64,000 nt of DNA from Eledone cirrhosa (taxonomy: Eukaryota): NCBI GenBank assembly GCA_964016885.1, contig OZ024743.1, forward strand, positions 27,032,001-27,096,000, given 5' to 3'. The notes under the pieces were generated by a model that worked only from the letters and a program-made list of their open reading frames with translations, was not told the DNA's origin and searched no databases. Each line of letters starts with the position of its first letter. The first letter of the stretch is position 1. Below, piece by piece: positions 25,563-38,757 of this stretch. The position numbers were made by a program, and so were the translations under genes.

Positions 25563-25928
25563 GCGGTGGATTGGCAGAATCGTTAGAGCATCGGACAAAA
25601 TACTTGCAGCATTTAGTTACGACCTTTTATGTTCTGAGTTCAAATTTCGCCGATGTAAATTTTGTCTTTCATCGTTCCAGGTTCGACAAAATAAAGTACC
25701 AGTTACGTACAGGGGTCGATGTAATCAGCTTATTCTACATATCTCAAATTGCTGGCCTTGTACCTAAATTAGAAATCATTAAGGGCGGGCGGTGAATTGG
25801 CAGTATCGGTAGAGCGTCAGACACCATGCTTTGCAGCATAGATTTATGGCCTTTTACGTTCTTAGTTCAAATCCCGCCGATGCACTGGAGTAATTGTTGG
25901 CCTTGTGCCAAAAGTAGAAACAATTATT
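25563..25928 (+). mobile_element. Tandem family A SINEs
   Basis: Two heads ggtg(g/a)attggcag; second copy internally deleted. Confidence 0.8.
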
Positions 25929-26510
25929 AATAGTGACTGTTCGCTTCAAAATTTCTCCAATTCTGGTTTCGCCTTGTCACAAATTGTTGGCCTTGTGCAT
26001 GACAGATCATGACAAATACAATAGAATTTTGTATCAAATGAAAGATACTAGAAATAGCAATTTATGAACATACACTTCTCTGCGTGTCGTTGCTATTTTT
26101 AGTTATGTATGTTGCTATTTTCTGTTACCGATTAGTTGCGGTCGTTCCAATTATTGTTTAAAGTATATATAGATACCATTGTAGATGCAGCATAGTCGAA
26201 TGGTTAAGAGGTTCGCTTTGTAACCATTAGGTCCCACGTTCGATCTGTCTGCGAGGCATCTTGGACAAGATTTTTAGGGAAATTTGATTGATATTTCAAG
26301 CATACTTGAAATACTTCTGTTATCGACTCTACCTGTCATCTATCTAAGGTTGGGTAACTGAAATTTTCTCCAGTATTCTACTGGTGTGGTTTACAGTTTC
26401 CGTCAACTACACCTGTTTAGTAAAAAAAAAACAAACACTGTTGTGTGTCAATGTAAAACATAAAAACAAAACAAAACAAAAATATTATATCCTTGTGGTG
26501 TAACTATACT

Positions 26511-26723
26511 CAGGGTCAGATTTAGACCTCAGGGGGCCCGGGCAACTTTAGTTTTTTGGGGCCCCCACATACACACAGGTATTAAATTAAAAAATTCAAC
26601 CATCTTAAAACTGAAAAGCCCAGTAGAGGGCACAAATAAATTGCTCTGGCCGTTGTTGGTGCCCCCTCCTCACAGGGGACCCAGAGAAATTGCTCCCTTT
26701 GCCCCCCATTAAATCCGGCCCTG
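26511..26723. mobile_element. hAT-type MITE with 8-bp TSD
   Basis: TIRs cagggtcagattta / taaatccggccctg; TSD actatact (26503-26510) / actatgct (26724-26731); gggccc subterminal motifs. Confidence 0.85.
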
Positions 26724-27504
26724 ACTATGCTACGACAGATGAAATAGAACCAGGATTGGCGCTACCATTAGGCCAACTAAGAAGCCATCTAAGGTGCGGA
26801 CCTCAAAGAAGTACATTACTAAACCTTAAAGGATCATAGTTTTATACATAATTAAATCAAATATATAATACTTTGCTGTTGAAAATAAATTAATTGCTAA
26901 ACATCTTTGACGCATAGAAACGTTGATGGCAATATCCAAAGCGGTGGAAAGGGTAGTATGGTGATGTGACCTGCCACATGATTTGGTGTGGGTGAGAGTA
27001 GACTGTGTAGTAGAACATGCAGGTTTAGTCATTTTCATAATGTGGCCAGAGCACAAAATGTCACACCTTGACACACTAAATTGAAATTATGTTATTTTGG
27101 AAAAGCGTTTATTTAGCCTAAAGCACTAAATATCCAGACTGAATTGTGGGCAAATGTATTGAAATCTTGCGTTAAAATTAAAGGTCCGAATTCACATCTC
27201 CACCCAACAAAGGTTGGCTATAATTGTAGAAATACATAGAACAACTAAAAAGGAAACATAAAATATAAAATATTTTCCATGTCTCACTATTACCATGCTG
27301 GGGTTATAGTGATCATAATAACATGAAGGCTGTGGAGTTTATATGTCATGATCGGAAGCTCTCCATAAACCAAAATGTCGATAACAACAAGGACATTTTA
27401 TATCACATTTACACTCATTCCACGAAGTTTAGAGATAAAAAATACTTCCCAATAAAAGACATGAGAACCTAATTTCCTTAAGAAACACTAAGACACAATC
27501 GTTC

Positions 27505-27678
27505 AGTATCGGTAGAGGGTCGGACGCCATGCTTTCCAGCATAGTTACGTCCCTTTGCGGTCTGAGTTCAAATCCCGTCGAGGTTAACTTTGCCTTTCAT
27601 CCTTACGGGGTCGATAAAATAAAGTACCAGTAATGTACTGGGTAATTGGTGGCCTTGTGCCAAAAGTAGAAACAGTTA
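27505..27678 (+). mobile_element. Family A SINE
   Basis: High similarity to 5691-5876. Confidence 0.85.
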
Positions 27679-28434
27679 TGTTGAGAAAACTATTTTGCAC
27701 AATATTCTTTTTATGAACAACACACGACTAAGCTCGCTAAAGTGGATATACATACTAGAGTGGTTTAGTATTTATATCATGTCGAATCCACATCTATACT
27801 TTTGGTAATTCTAGGTCCCAAAGACGAGGTTTTCTTTTCAGTGTTGTAAAATATAACAACAATAACAGCGACAACAACCGATTATCTGCGCGCCATAGAA
27901 CTGCCCGTTCAGAGCTGACCTTCAGTTTACATAACACGAACGAACAACAGTAATAATATCAATAATAAATACTTTCACTTCAGCAATTTAATAATGTAGT
28001 ATTTACTTAAGATTGTGATAGAATGCAGGAAATTCGTGAACTGGCGGTAAATAGATATGGAGACAGGAAGAAGAGCTATCGATCTCAATAACAGATGATT
28101 GCGCTTGTGTTTAAATGGTAACGATGAATTAAGAAGCTTAATAAAATATTGGCAGAAATATTTGACAACCTAGATAAAAATAAAAATGTCATATGTAACA
28201 GTAACAAACATCTGTTGCTTTCCTCTTGTAATTTCTTTTAACACAGTTTCTGAAAACACGATTCTTATCAACAATCAATGCTAACGGCTTTTGCCATTTA
28301 ACTTCAATTTACCGACCTTTTGTTAGTTACTTTCTCCTTTCAAACGTATTCGGAAAGTATCGACAGAATCTAAGTCAACCTCGACTTCAAAGTAAAATAG
28401 CGACGAAGAAAAGAAACATGATAACATCGACTGA

Positions 28435-28618
28435 TACATACATACATACATACATACATACATACATACATACATACATACATACATACACACACAAGTA
28501 CACACACACACACATACATACATACACATGTACACACAAACACATACATACATACACACATACACGCATACATACATACATATATATATATGCATACATA
28601 TATACATACATACATACA
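28435..28618. repeat. (TACA)n/(CA)n microsatellite
   Basis: Direct reading. Confidence 0.9.
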
Positions 28619-28619
28619 C

Positions 28620-28768
28620 TGGAATATGGTAGTAACTGCCTCAGTACAAATCTTGAGAAGCTAGGCTTCACAGAAATTGAAAGAACACGACTAGCTAGGA
28701 AATTACAATTACAACCCATTAATGGAACAGTAGAAATATGTAAAACATTCCAAAAATTCTGTATCTAA
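28620..28768 (+). mobile_element. C-terminal fragment of a probable REL-endonuclease non-LTR element
   Basis: LSTNLEKLGF..ERTRLARKLQLQPINGTVEICKTF*; related fragment on the minus strand at 34663-34790. Confidence 0.45.
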
Positions 28769-28772
28769 TACT

Positions 28773-31700
28773 TGGTGAGGAGGGTGACTTTGGACATCCT
28801 GCAGGACTAAAAACAAAACCTGTCAAAGGGCAAAGGAGCTCTTAAGAGTCAATGGCCATCCAAAATCACCGGGAGAGATGACCCCTTAGCCTTTGTCAAG
28901 GCAGAATTCTAGGAGAAGGAAAACTCTGATATAACACCTGCAACTCTGATGGTATCCAATGATGTTGACTTGTTCTTCTTTTTGGTAAATATCATCTTGG
29001 TTAAGAGAGTGGGACTGGCTTTGTGCAGTGCCTTTGCTCACTATAAAAGCTTCACGGCACAGGTATTGCTTTATATCTGAAGATCTCTCTGCACTTGTCA
29101 TTTTGATGTGGAACTTTGGCTGGCCGTAGCCTAAAAAGGCAAACTACATTACAATGAAGGTACCTAACACAATTGAAGTAAATGGCAATAAGGGATCTGG
29201 ATCAGCATCATGTGAAAGGGTCTGGCCCGGCAGGTGTCCCAGGGCTCCGCAGTCTGGGCCCGGTCGTCATCGGTCTACTGTGTGCAAACCACTCAATTTT
29301 GGGTGCTGGAATGTGCGTACTTTGCTTGATGTTGAAACAGATGTGCAGCGACCTGAAAGAAGATCGGCTTTGGTTGCCAAGGAGCTCAGGCGTTATGATA
29401 TGGATGTTGTGGCCCTCTCGGAAACTCGATTTCATGGTGAGGGCCATTTCACAGAGAAATCCGGTGGTTTTTCTGGAGGGGAAGGAAGGAGGGAAGGAGG
29501 GAAGCTGGTGTCGCTTTTGCCATAAAACAGTTATAACAGACCATCTTCAGGAGCTGCCGACAGGCGTTAGTGACAGACTGATCACTGTGAGAGTTCCTCT
29601 AGAGGGTGGAAGATATGCAACCGTGATTGGTGCTTATGCACCAACTATGGAATGTATTGATGAAGCAAAGCAGGCTTTTTATGACGAATTAAGGTCTCTT
29701 GTCTGGAAAGTGCCTGCAGCAGACAACATTTTCATTCTTGGAGATTTTAATGCTCGCGTGGGCCGTGATTGTGCGACCTGGAGAGATCTGGGCAAGCATG
29801 GTGTCGGAAAGTGCAATGGCAATGGATTCTTGTTATTGCAAATGTGCACTGAGCTGGACTTGTTCATTGGCAGCACTATGTTCCAACAGAAGGACAAATA
29901 CAAGACAATATGGATGCATCCTGGATCGAAATAGTGGCACCTGATTGATTATGTCCTTGCGAGGCGGCGGGATGTACAGGATCTGTGCAGTGTTCGTGTG
30001 ATGTGTGGGGCAGAGTGTTGGACCGACCATCGTCTGGTGAGAGCAGGAGCAAGATGTGTAGTTCGTAAAAGGGAGAAACGGCGAGGGGTATCACTTCCGA
30101 AACGGCTGAATGTTGCCCATCTGAAGGATCCTGAAGCCAGAGAAAATCTGGTTTAAAAAATGGATGCGTTAGAGTGCGGAAATGACTGGACTTCCTTTAA
30201 GGAGGCAGTTTATGGAGCATGTGCTGATGTTGTTGGATTCACAGATAAGAAGCATCAGGATTGGTTTAACCAAAATGACAAGCTTATGGAGGAGAAACAT
30301 ATGCTCCACTCCGCATTGCTTGGTAGTGATGTAAGCACCGATCGGCAGAAGGCAATCGCTGATAAGCTGAAGCTCGTAAAAGCTGATGTGCAACGAAAAT
30401 TGCGTGAAATGAAGAATAAGTGGTGGAATGACAAAGCCGATGAAATACAACTTGCGTCGGATGTGAAGGACGTTAAGGCAATGTATAATCTTCTTCGTGA
30501 ATTGTATGGACCACCTATATCACCAGTTGCGCCTCTTAGGACAAAGGATGTCAATCAGCTCCTTAGAAATCCCAATGATATCCTGTTGAGATGGCGGGAC
30601 CACTTTGACGAGCTTCTCAATAGGGATTCAGAGGTTGACGAAGAGTTTATCAAGTCCATACCTGATAAGCCAGTAAAGGAAATCCTTGCTGAGCCTCCAA
30701 CGATCGAGGAGGTTAAAAATGCTGTCTAGAAACTCAATGGTGGGACGTCGCCTGGATTGGATGGGCTGTATGCTGAGATCTTGAAGCACGGTGGAGAGAA
30801 TCTCTTGCACCGACTTCATTCTTTGGTTCTGGATGCCTGGAACAACAATCATGTTCCCGATTACTGGAAGGATGCTGTGATGGTTGTTTTGTACAAGAGG
30901 AAGGGATACAGGGATGACTGCGGAAACTATCGTGGGATATCACTGTTGTCTGTTGTCGGCAAAGTTCTCTGTAGAATTCTGTTGGACCGTTTATTGCTCC
31001 ATATTGCTGATGAAGCTCTACCAGAGTCGCAATCGGGCTTTCGGGCTGGGCGTGGCACTGTGGACATGATCTTTACAGCCAGACAACTGCAGGAAAAGTG
31101 TGTTGAGCAGAATGTGGATCTCTACCAGGTGTTTGTTGATCTTACAAAGGCGTTTGACACGGTCAACAGAAAGGCTTTATGGGATATCTTGAGGAAGCTG
31201 GGGTTCCCTGAGAAGTTTGTTTCCATTTTGCGTTTGTCCCATGATGACATGAAGGCATAGGTAAATGTTGGTGGAAAGCTCTCTGAGCCGGTGACGGTCG
31301 AGAATGGAGTCAAACAGGGTGACATTCCAGCTCCAACGCTCTTTGCTTTGTACTTCTCCATTGTCTTCGAACAGGCCTTCGGGAACTGCAATCATGGTAT
31401 ATATGTTCGCTATCGATCAACTGGAAAGCTGTTTAATATCAGGAGGTTCAATGCTAAGTCAAATGTTCATTTGTCACTAATCAGGGATTTGCTTTATGCA
31501 GATGACTGTGACCTGGTAGCGCACACTAAGATTGATATGCAGCATCTCATGGATGCATTTTCTAATGCGTGTACTGCATTGAGACTTACCATAAGCCTGA
31601 AAAAGTCAGTAGCCATGTGCCAACCAGCCCCTGGGAAGCCATGTTGTGAGCCCAACATCTTGGTTTATGGTGAAAGGCTAAAGGTCGTTGGCAGTTTTGT

Positions 31701-32798
31701 TAATCTTGGAAGCACTCTGATTCTGTCCTGCGATCTTGATGGGGAAATATCAAACAGGATACAGAAAGCCAGTGATGCTTTTGGAAAACTGAACAAGCGT
31801 CTCTGGTCTCAACACGGAATTTCGGTAAAGACAAAGCTCATAGTGTATCATGCGTGAGTGCTCGCGGCACTTCTTTATGCTTGTGAGACGTGGGTGGTCT
31901 ACCGTAGACAGATGAAGCGACTTGAGAGGTTCCACCAGTACTGCTTACGACGGATCCTCGGCATAACTTGGCAAATGTTTGTCAGTGACGTCGAGGTTCT
32001 GGACAGAAGTGGCTGTGATAGTGTCGAGTCCTTGATTTTGAAACATCAGCTGCGCTGTACAGGCCATCTTGTAGGGATGAATGACAAGCGAATGCCGAAG
32101 CCACTGCTTTAGGGCGAGCTCCAAATGGGAAAAAGGAACGCAAGTAAACCCAAGATGCGTTTTAAGGACTGCATCAAGAGGGCGCTCAAGAAAAGTAACA
32201 TCCCTTGTGAGCACTGGGAAGCATGCGCTAGCGACCGATCGCATTGGAGGAAAGCAGTGGCTAGTGGCAAGAGTCTATTTGAGGAAACAAGAAGAAGGCA
32301 CGCGACACTAAAAATAGATGTCCGGAAAGGAATCCATGTTGGCTTTCCCGAAGGCACTGACAGACGGCCTGACCTGACATGTGAGACCTGTAATAGGGTT
32401 TGTCTGAGCATGGCAGGTCTAAAGAGTCATCTGAGAGTGCACAAGAACAGGGAAGCAGGCACCTGTGGAGCTATAAGTGTTCATCAGACGACGACATGTG
32501 ATGTTTGTGGAAGGGTATGCAGGTCGAGTAGTGATCTCACACGACACCTTGGGTCACATGGTGCCATGGGCCCAGCACTAGGTGTCAATAATTGTCACAA
32601 GTGTAGTGTTTGTACCAGAGTTTTCAAGTCGCTGGCTGGACTAAAAAGCCACACTCGTTCAGCGGATCGGTAGGGGTTCTCCTACATGGATATAAAGTAG
32701 TGGCCGTACTCGAAAACGAGTTGGCAGCCACCATGTATGTATGTATGTATGTATGTATGTATGTATGTATGTATGTATGTATGTATGTATGTATGTAT
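28773..32798 (+). mobile_element. Near full-length RTE (BovB-like) LINE with (TATG)n tail
   Basis: 5' UTR with tctaggagaaggaaaactctg; APE and RT coding region; (TATG)n tail 32733-32798. Confidence 0.93.
29154..32673 (+). pseudogene. RTE ORF (APE endonuclease - RT - three C2H2 fingers), disrupted
   Basis: WNVRTL, ALSETR, GDFNARVG, IDYVL; NYRGISLL, QSGFR, FVDLTKAFD, GVKQG, LLYADD; in-frame stops (e.g. 29932, 30727, 31258, 31855, 32110) and a frameshift near 29470. Confidence 0.92.
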
Positions 32799-33040
32799 GG
32801 AGGGTGACTTTGGGCATCCTGCAGGACTAAAAAACAAAACCTGTCAAAGGGCAAACAGCTCTTAAGAGTCAATGGCCATCCAGAATCACCGGGAGAGATG
32901 ACCCCTTAGCCTTTGTCAAGGCAGAATTCTAGGAGAAGGAAAACTCTGATATAACACCTGCAACCCTGATGGTATCCAATGATGTTGACTTGTTCTTCTT
33001 TTTGGTAAATATCATCTTGGTTAAGAGAGTGGGACTGGCT
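32799..33040 (+). mobile_element. Second copy of the RTE 5' UTR directly after the tail of the first element
   Basis: Near-identical to 28779-29020; runs into microsatellite. Confidence 0.9.
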
Positions 33041-33901
33041 ATGTATATGTATATGTGTGTATGTGTATGTATATGTATATATGTGTATGTGTATGTATAT
33101 ATGTGTATGTGTATATGTATGTATATGTATATGTATATATGTATGTATATATATATGTATGTGTATGTATATGTATATATGTGTATATGTGTGTATATGT
33201 ATATATATATGTGTATGTGTGTATGTATGTATATATGTATGTATATATGTATATATGTGTGTATATGTGTGTATATGTATATATGTGTATATATGTGTGT
33301 GTGTATGTGTGTATGTGTATATATGTATATGTATATATATGTATGTGTATATGTATGTATATGTGTGTATATATATGTGTATATGTATATATATGTATGT
33401 GTGTATGTATATATATATGTGTGTATATGTGTATATATGTATATATGTATATATGTGTATATATATGTATATGTATATGTATATGTATGTGTATGTATGT
33501 GTATATATGTATGTATATATGTATGTATATGTGTATGTATGTGTATATATGTATGTATGTATGTATATATATATGTGTGTATATATGTGTGTATATGTAT
33601 GTATGTATATGTATATATGTATATGTGTATACGTATATATGTATATATATGTGTATATATGTGTATATATGTGTATGTATGTGTATATATATATATGTAT
33701 ATGTATGTATATGTATATGTATATATGTGTATATGTGTGTATGTGTGTATGTATATGTATATGTATGTATGTGTATATGTGTATATATGTGTATATATAT
33801 GTATGTATATGTATATATATATGTATATGTATATATGTGTATATGTATGTATGTATGTATATGTATGTATGTGTGTATGTATATATGTATATATATGTAT
33901 G
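33041..33901. repeat. ~860-bp compound (TATG/TA/TG)n microsatellite
   Basis: Direct reading; source of the spurious long Y/I/H/M ORFs. Confidence 0.95.
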
Positions 33902-34527
33902 TCAGGTCACCAGTTGGTGCTACTGGTAACATGTATCCCAGTACAACCTGTCCCATGGTCGGGTCGTTGGCGACTAAACTGGCAACCCCACCAAGGTTTC
34001 ATGGTGAGGAGGGTGACTTTGGACATCCTGCAGGACTAAAAACAAAACCTGTCAAAGGGCAAAGGAGCTCTTAAGAGTCAATGGCCATCCAAAATCACCG
34101 GGAGAGATGACCCCTTAGCCTTTGTCAAGGCAGAATTCTAGGAGAAGGAAAACTCTGATATAACACCTGCAACCCTGATGGTATCCAATGATGTTGACTT
34201 GTTCTTCTTTTTGGTAAATATCATCTTGGTTAAGAGAGTGGGACTGGCTTTGTGCAGTGCCTTTGCTCACTATAAAAGCTTCACGGCACAGGCATTGCTT
34301 TATATCTGGAGATCTCTCTGCACTTGTCGTCACATGGTACCATGGGCCCAGCACTATGTGTCAGTAATTGTCACAAGTGTAGTGTTTGTACCAGAGTTTT
34401 CAAGTCGCTGGCTGGACTAAAAAGTCACACTCGTTCAGCGCATCGGTAGGGGTTCTCCTACATGGATATAAAGTGGTGGCCGTACTCGAAAACGAGTTGG
34501 CAGCCACCATGTATGTATGTATGTATG
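33902..34527 (+). mobile_element. Bipartite non-autonomous RTE derivative (5' UTR fused to 3' end)
   Basis: Matches master 28773-29099, then jumps at 34328/34329 to master 32553-tail; extends ~100 nt further 5' than the master copy. Confidence 0.9.
33905..33982 (+). ncRNA. Candidate HDV-like ribozyme at the RTE 5' end
   Basis: P1 ggtca/tggtc, J1/2 hairpin ccagt..actgg, P2 ccagt(33938)/actgg(33978), P3 aca/tgt, GGG, P4 tcg-ttgg-cga, J4/2 CTAA; L3 is atypically short. Confidence 0.45.
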
Positions 34528-34662
34528 TTTCTCTTTCTCTTAATTTCGGGTACATTTTTGACCGGCCACCTTCCAGGTGGCAAGGTTGTAAAAGATAAGA
34601 TATTGTCATCCCTTGAATCGCGAGAATGTTTTGCAAAAAAAAAAAAAAAAAAATTTTGAAGG

Positions 34663-34790
34663 CGTCAGCTATCGCAGCCATTTGTAGTTTATGAATTAGG
34701 GAGCTACGTTCTTTGTCCACAAATCCAAGTTCAGTTATACTTTGGTCCAAGCGGGTTGGTATATAACCTGTACCTCCAATAATGTTATGT
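34663..34790 (-). mobile_element. REL-type non-LTR C-terminal fragment
   Basis: IIGGTGYIPTRLDQSITELGF..ERSSLIHKLQMAAI. Confidence 0.45.
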
Positions 34791-35716
34791 ATGTATTCCA
34801 CAAGTTACTTGCTTAAGATGCTATGCAATGGGATCGAACCAGGGACCTCATGATTAGAAAACGAATTCTTTAACTATTCATTCATACCTACGTCCACAAC
34901 ATACAACTTTATACATTTTTTGCTATCTAAAGACCAGCGATGAAACTTTGTTTCTTAGTTAGAAGTCAGTTCTTTATTTATAAGAACAAGTCAAGGAATT
35001 AACAATAGAAACTAAGTATACATATGATGGCGAGAACTATAATTCGAAAGTTTAAAGAGGACCCCTGAAGGACCTTATTTCCATACAATTTACCTAGAAA
35101 AAATCCGTTTGCTCTACCAAAACTAGAAAATAATTGTACTAGACATTCATCTAGAGGACCAGGGCTAACGGAACATTGCAGTGCCACTGAAAGGACATGA
35201 ACTAGTGTCCTCTTGACTGTATGTCCGGCTTTATGGTCTTTGATGTCTTCATGAAGTGACATTCGGCATTTAAATCTGGCGGAGAGCATCCCACTCTAGG
35301 TCAGAGAAACAGTCAGAGAGATAGACAAAGTCGGGAGGAGAGATAGAGACAGAGTTGGGAAAGAATCAACTCCACAGCTGAATAGGGACTATTTATCGAA
35401 CTCGGAAGGATTAAAGGTAATGTTGACCTCGGCGGGATTTGAACTTCGATCGAAAAGATGGGTGGAACGAATACCGCGAATCATTCTATCAGACGTTCTA
35501 ACGGCTCAGCCAACTTGCCGCCTTTTGTGTTCACGTCTATTAGTCTATAAACTCGATCTTCTATGCTCTCAACATTTGTCAAAATACCACTTCAAAAGAA
35601 ACACAATCAATTCTGCATTCCTGTATGGACTTACTGTCTTCTTTGAAGGGTATCAATTATTATAGAGTCATATCGATTTAGAAATTCACAGATCAAACGA
35701 TAACCTTACACACACG

Positions 35717-35758
<42 letters not shown>

Positions 35759-36119
35759 CTTATATATTTCTCTCTCTGAATATATATATATCACTTCATT
35801 TTCTTTATAAAATTATTCAGAGTCGAAGAAATCAATAAACATACTATAGATCCAGCGGAGATGACAGCATGGAAACTTCCGGTATGTAGAAAGTATGTAA
35901 TGATATGGAAGTTTATGGAAAGGGAGATATGTAATAGTTAAAACCGTTTCATTTACAACATTTGATGAATAAACAAATTAAAAATCAATATTATTTAGTA
36001 TTCCATTCTTGGGAAGAATTATACGATATTTTCACCCCCATATCTGCATTATCATCTTTGTCATTCCTATCGACACTCAACAATGTATAACGCTACCACC
36101 TATATAACATTTTAAATCA

Positions 36120-36820
36120 TTGTTTCGCATTGAAGCACATGGTCACCAATTTGGAGTGGGGGAGGGGAACAGTCGATTACATCGATCTCAGTACTTGACT
36201 GCTACTTTATTTTATCGACCCCGGAAGGATGAAAGGCAAAGTTAACCTCGGCGGTCTTTGAACTTAGAATTTAAAGAGACGCAACAAATACCGCAATAAC
36301 ATTTCTCCGACGTTCTATCAGTTCTAACAATCCACTGTAATTATATTTTCAACAAAAATAGTAATGGCATCTAATTTAAACATAATGCCAGCAAATTTAG
36401 GTGCAAAGGTGTGAACTAGTCGATTGTATCGACACGAGTACTTGACTGGTTTCATATTTTATCGACCTCCAAAAAGTCAAAGGAAAAGTTGATCTCTGCG
36501 GTATTCAAAATCAAAAACGTAAAAAGCCGCAACAAATAACACAAAGCATTTGCCCGACACTCTAACGTTTCTGCAAATCCATCACCCTAACACCACCAAT
36601 AATGTTTTTTGATTTAGGCACAAGGCCAACAATTTTTAGGGAGAGTTAAGTCGATTAAATTAACCTCAATTCGTGACTGGCACTTTATTTTATCGACCCC
36701 GTAAGGATAAAAGGTAAAGCTAACCTCGACGGGATTTGAACACACAACGTAAAGAGCCGTAACTCTATGCCGCAAAGCATGTTGTCTGACGCTTTACCGA
36801 TATTGCCAATCCACCACCCT
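36120..36820 (-). mobile_element. Three tandem family A SINEs
   Basis: Three ttttatcgacc...gaac(t/a) motif sets about 240 bp apart. Confidence 0.75.
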
Positions 36821-37997
36821 CGTCACATCCATCGTTACTACTTTTAACATCCCCACAATTAGCTCGCCATTACCACCATCGCCACCATCACCAGTATTAC
36901 CACTATCATTATCACCATCATGACAAATACTTCAACCAACATCACCAATCAATGGATATTTAGCCCGAAGCAACGAGGTTCATTAAGATGTCTTTGATTA
37001 TGCTTTCCATTTCACGAAAGTAATGAAATTGGAATATGCGACGTCATCTAAAATACAAGTAATCTACTTTATTTATAACTCATAATCAGCAAAGGTGGTG
37101 AATTGGCATTGTCACTAGAACGTCGGATAGAATGCTTTACTTTACAGTATTCGTTCCGGCTTTCTACGCTCTCTGTTGTAATCCCGGTGAGGACTACTTT
37201 GTCCTTACTTTTTTGAGGCCAATAAATAAAGTGCAAGTACAGGACTGGTATCGATTCTCCATACTTTCTCTTTCATTCTCTTTGGCAGAATCGGCAGTGC
37301 CCATAGCATTTTGTAACGACGCCGCCCCCACCACCACCCCGACTTTACCAGCCTTTAAGAGCTTTTGGTATGACCATGGCATGACATGTATGACAGTCGA
37401 TCGACTTTCGTCAAATCGGACCGAGGAAACAATGTTTCCGTTGGTCTTTCCAATTGCTAATACTATCTATCGGTCGCAACTCTAGGTAGAAGGAGCAACA
37501 TGAAATAAAGTGTCTTGCTCAAGGGCATAACGCATCGCCTGGCCAAGGAATAGAACTCACAACCTCACGATTGCGAATCCAATTCTCTAACCATCCCAGC
37601 CACTATTATCATCACTATCATCATTATTGCCGCCACAAGTACCATTACAAGTTCTACCATCAGCTAAAACATGTCGGGTGATAGAGGTTTTAACTTATCC
37701 TTAGACATTTAATGCTTGAATTCTATTTCTCAATGAACCGTGAACAGGGTGATATCTGCAGAATTTGAACTTCAATTGCAGAACGCCGGAACAAATGATG
37801 CAAAGCATTCTATCCGGCGTTCCAATGACTCTGCCACTTTGCTGCTCCAGGGAGTTCTTACACACATTAAAACAACAACTCTGCTAGACACAGTCAAAAC
37901 TATGCGTAAGACACTTTTAATTCAACCGTATAACTTAGTAAAACTGAGCAGTACTCCTTACCTTAGTGCAAAATAAATTCTCGCGAAACAGTTGAAC

Positions 37998-38245
37998 ATG
38001 CTGCTACAGCTACTGCTGCTGCTGCTACTGCTGCTATTGCTGTTGTTACTACTACTACTACTACTACTACTACAATTACTACTGTTACTGCTGCTGTTGC
38101 TACCACCACCACCACTACAACTACCACGGCTGCTGCTACTGCTACTACTACTACTACTACTACTGCTGCTGCTACTATTACTACTGCTGCCACCACCACC
38201 ACCACCACCACCACCACTACTACTACTACTACTATTACTACTACC

Positions 38246-38335
<90 letters not shown>

Positions 38336-38630
38336 GCTGCTGCTACTGCTACTACTACTACTGCTGCCACCACCACCACCACCACCACTACTACTACTAC
38401 TACTATTACCACCACCACTACTACTACTACTATTACTACTACTACTACTGCTGCTGCCGCTGCTACTACTACTATTACTACTGCTGCCACCACCACCACC
38501 ACCACCACAACCACTACTACTACTACTACTACTACTACTGCTACTGCTGCTGCTGCTACTGCTACTACTACTATTACTACTGCTGCCACCACCACCACCA
38601 CCACCACCAGCAGCAGCAGCACCACTACTA

Positions 38631-38662
<32 letters not shown>

Positions 38663-38725
38663 ACTATTACTACTGCTGCCACCACCACCACCACTACCAC
38701 CACCACCACCACCAGCAGCAGCACC

Positions 38726-38756
<31 letters not shown>

Positions 38757-38757
38757 G
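37998..38757. repeat. (CTA/CTG/CCA)n trinucleotide tract
   Basis: Direct reading; yields poly-V/L/P ORFs. Confidence 0.95.

Noticed and set aside
32969-34074. Long ORFs (290-356 aa) rich in Y/I/H/M/C/V
   Set aside because: Translations of a stop-free TATG/TA microsatellite
34999-35289. 96-aa minus-strand ORF
   Set aside because: No motif recognised; probably decayed repeat
35855-35895. gatga-cagcatg-gaaa HHR-like string
   Set aside because: Core lacks CU and there is no stem I
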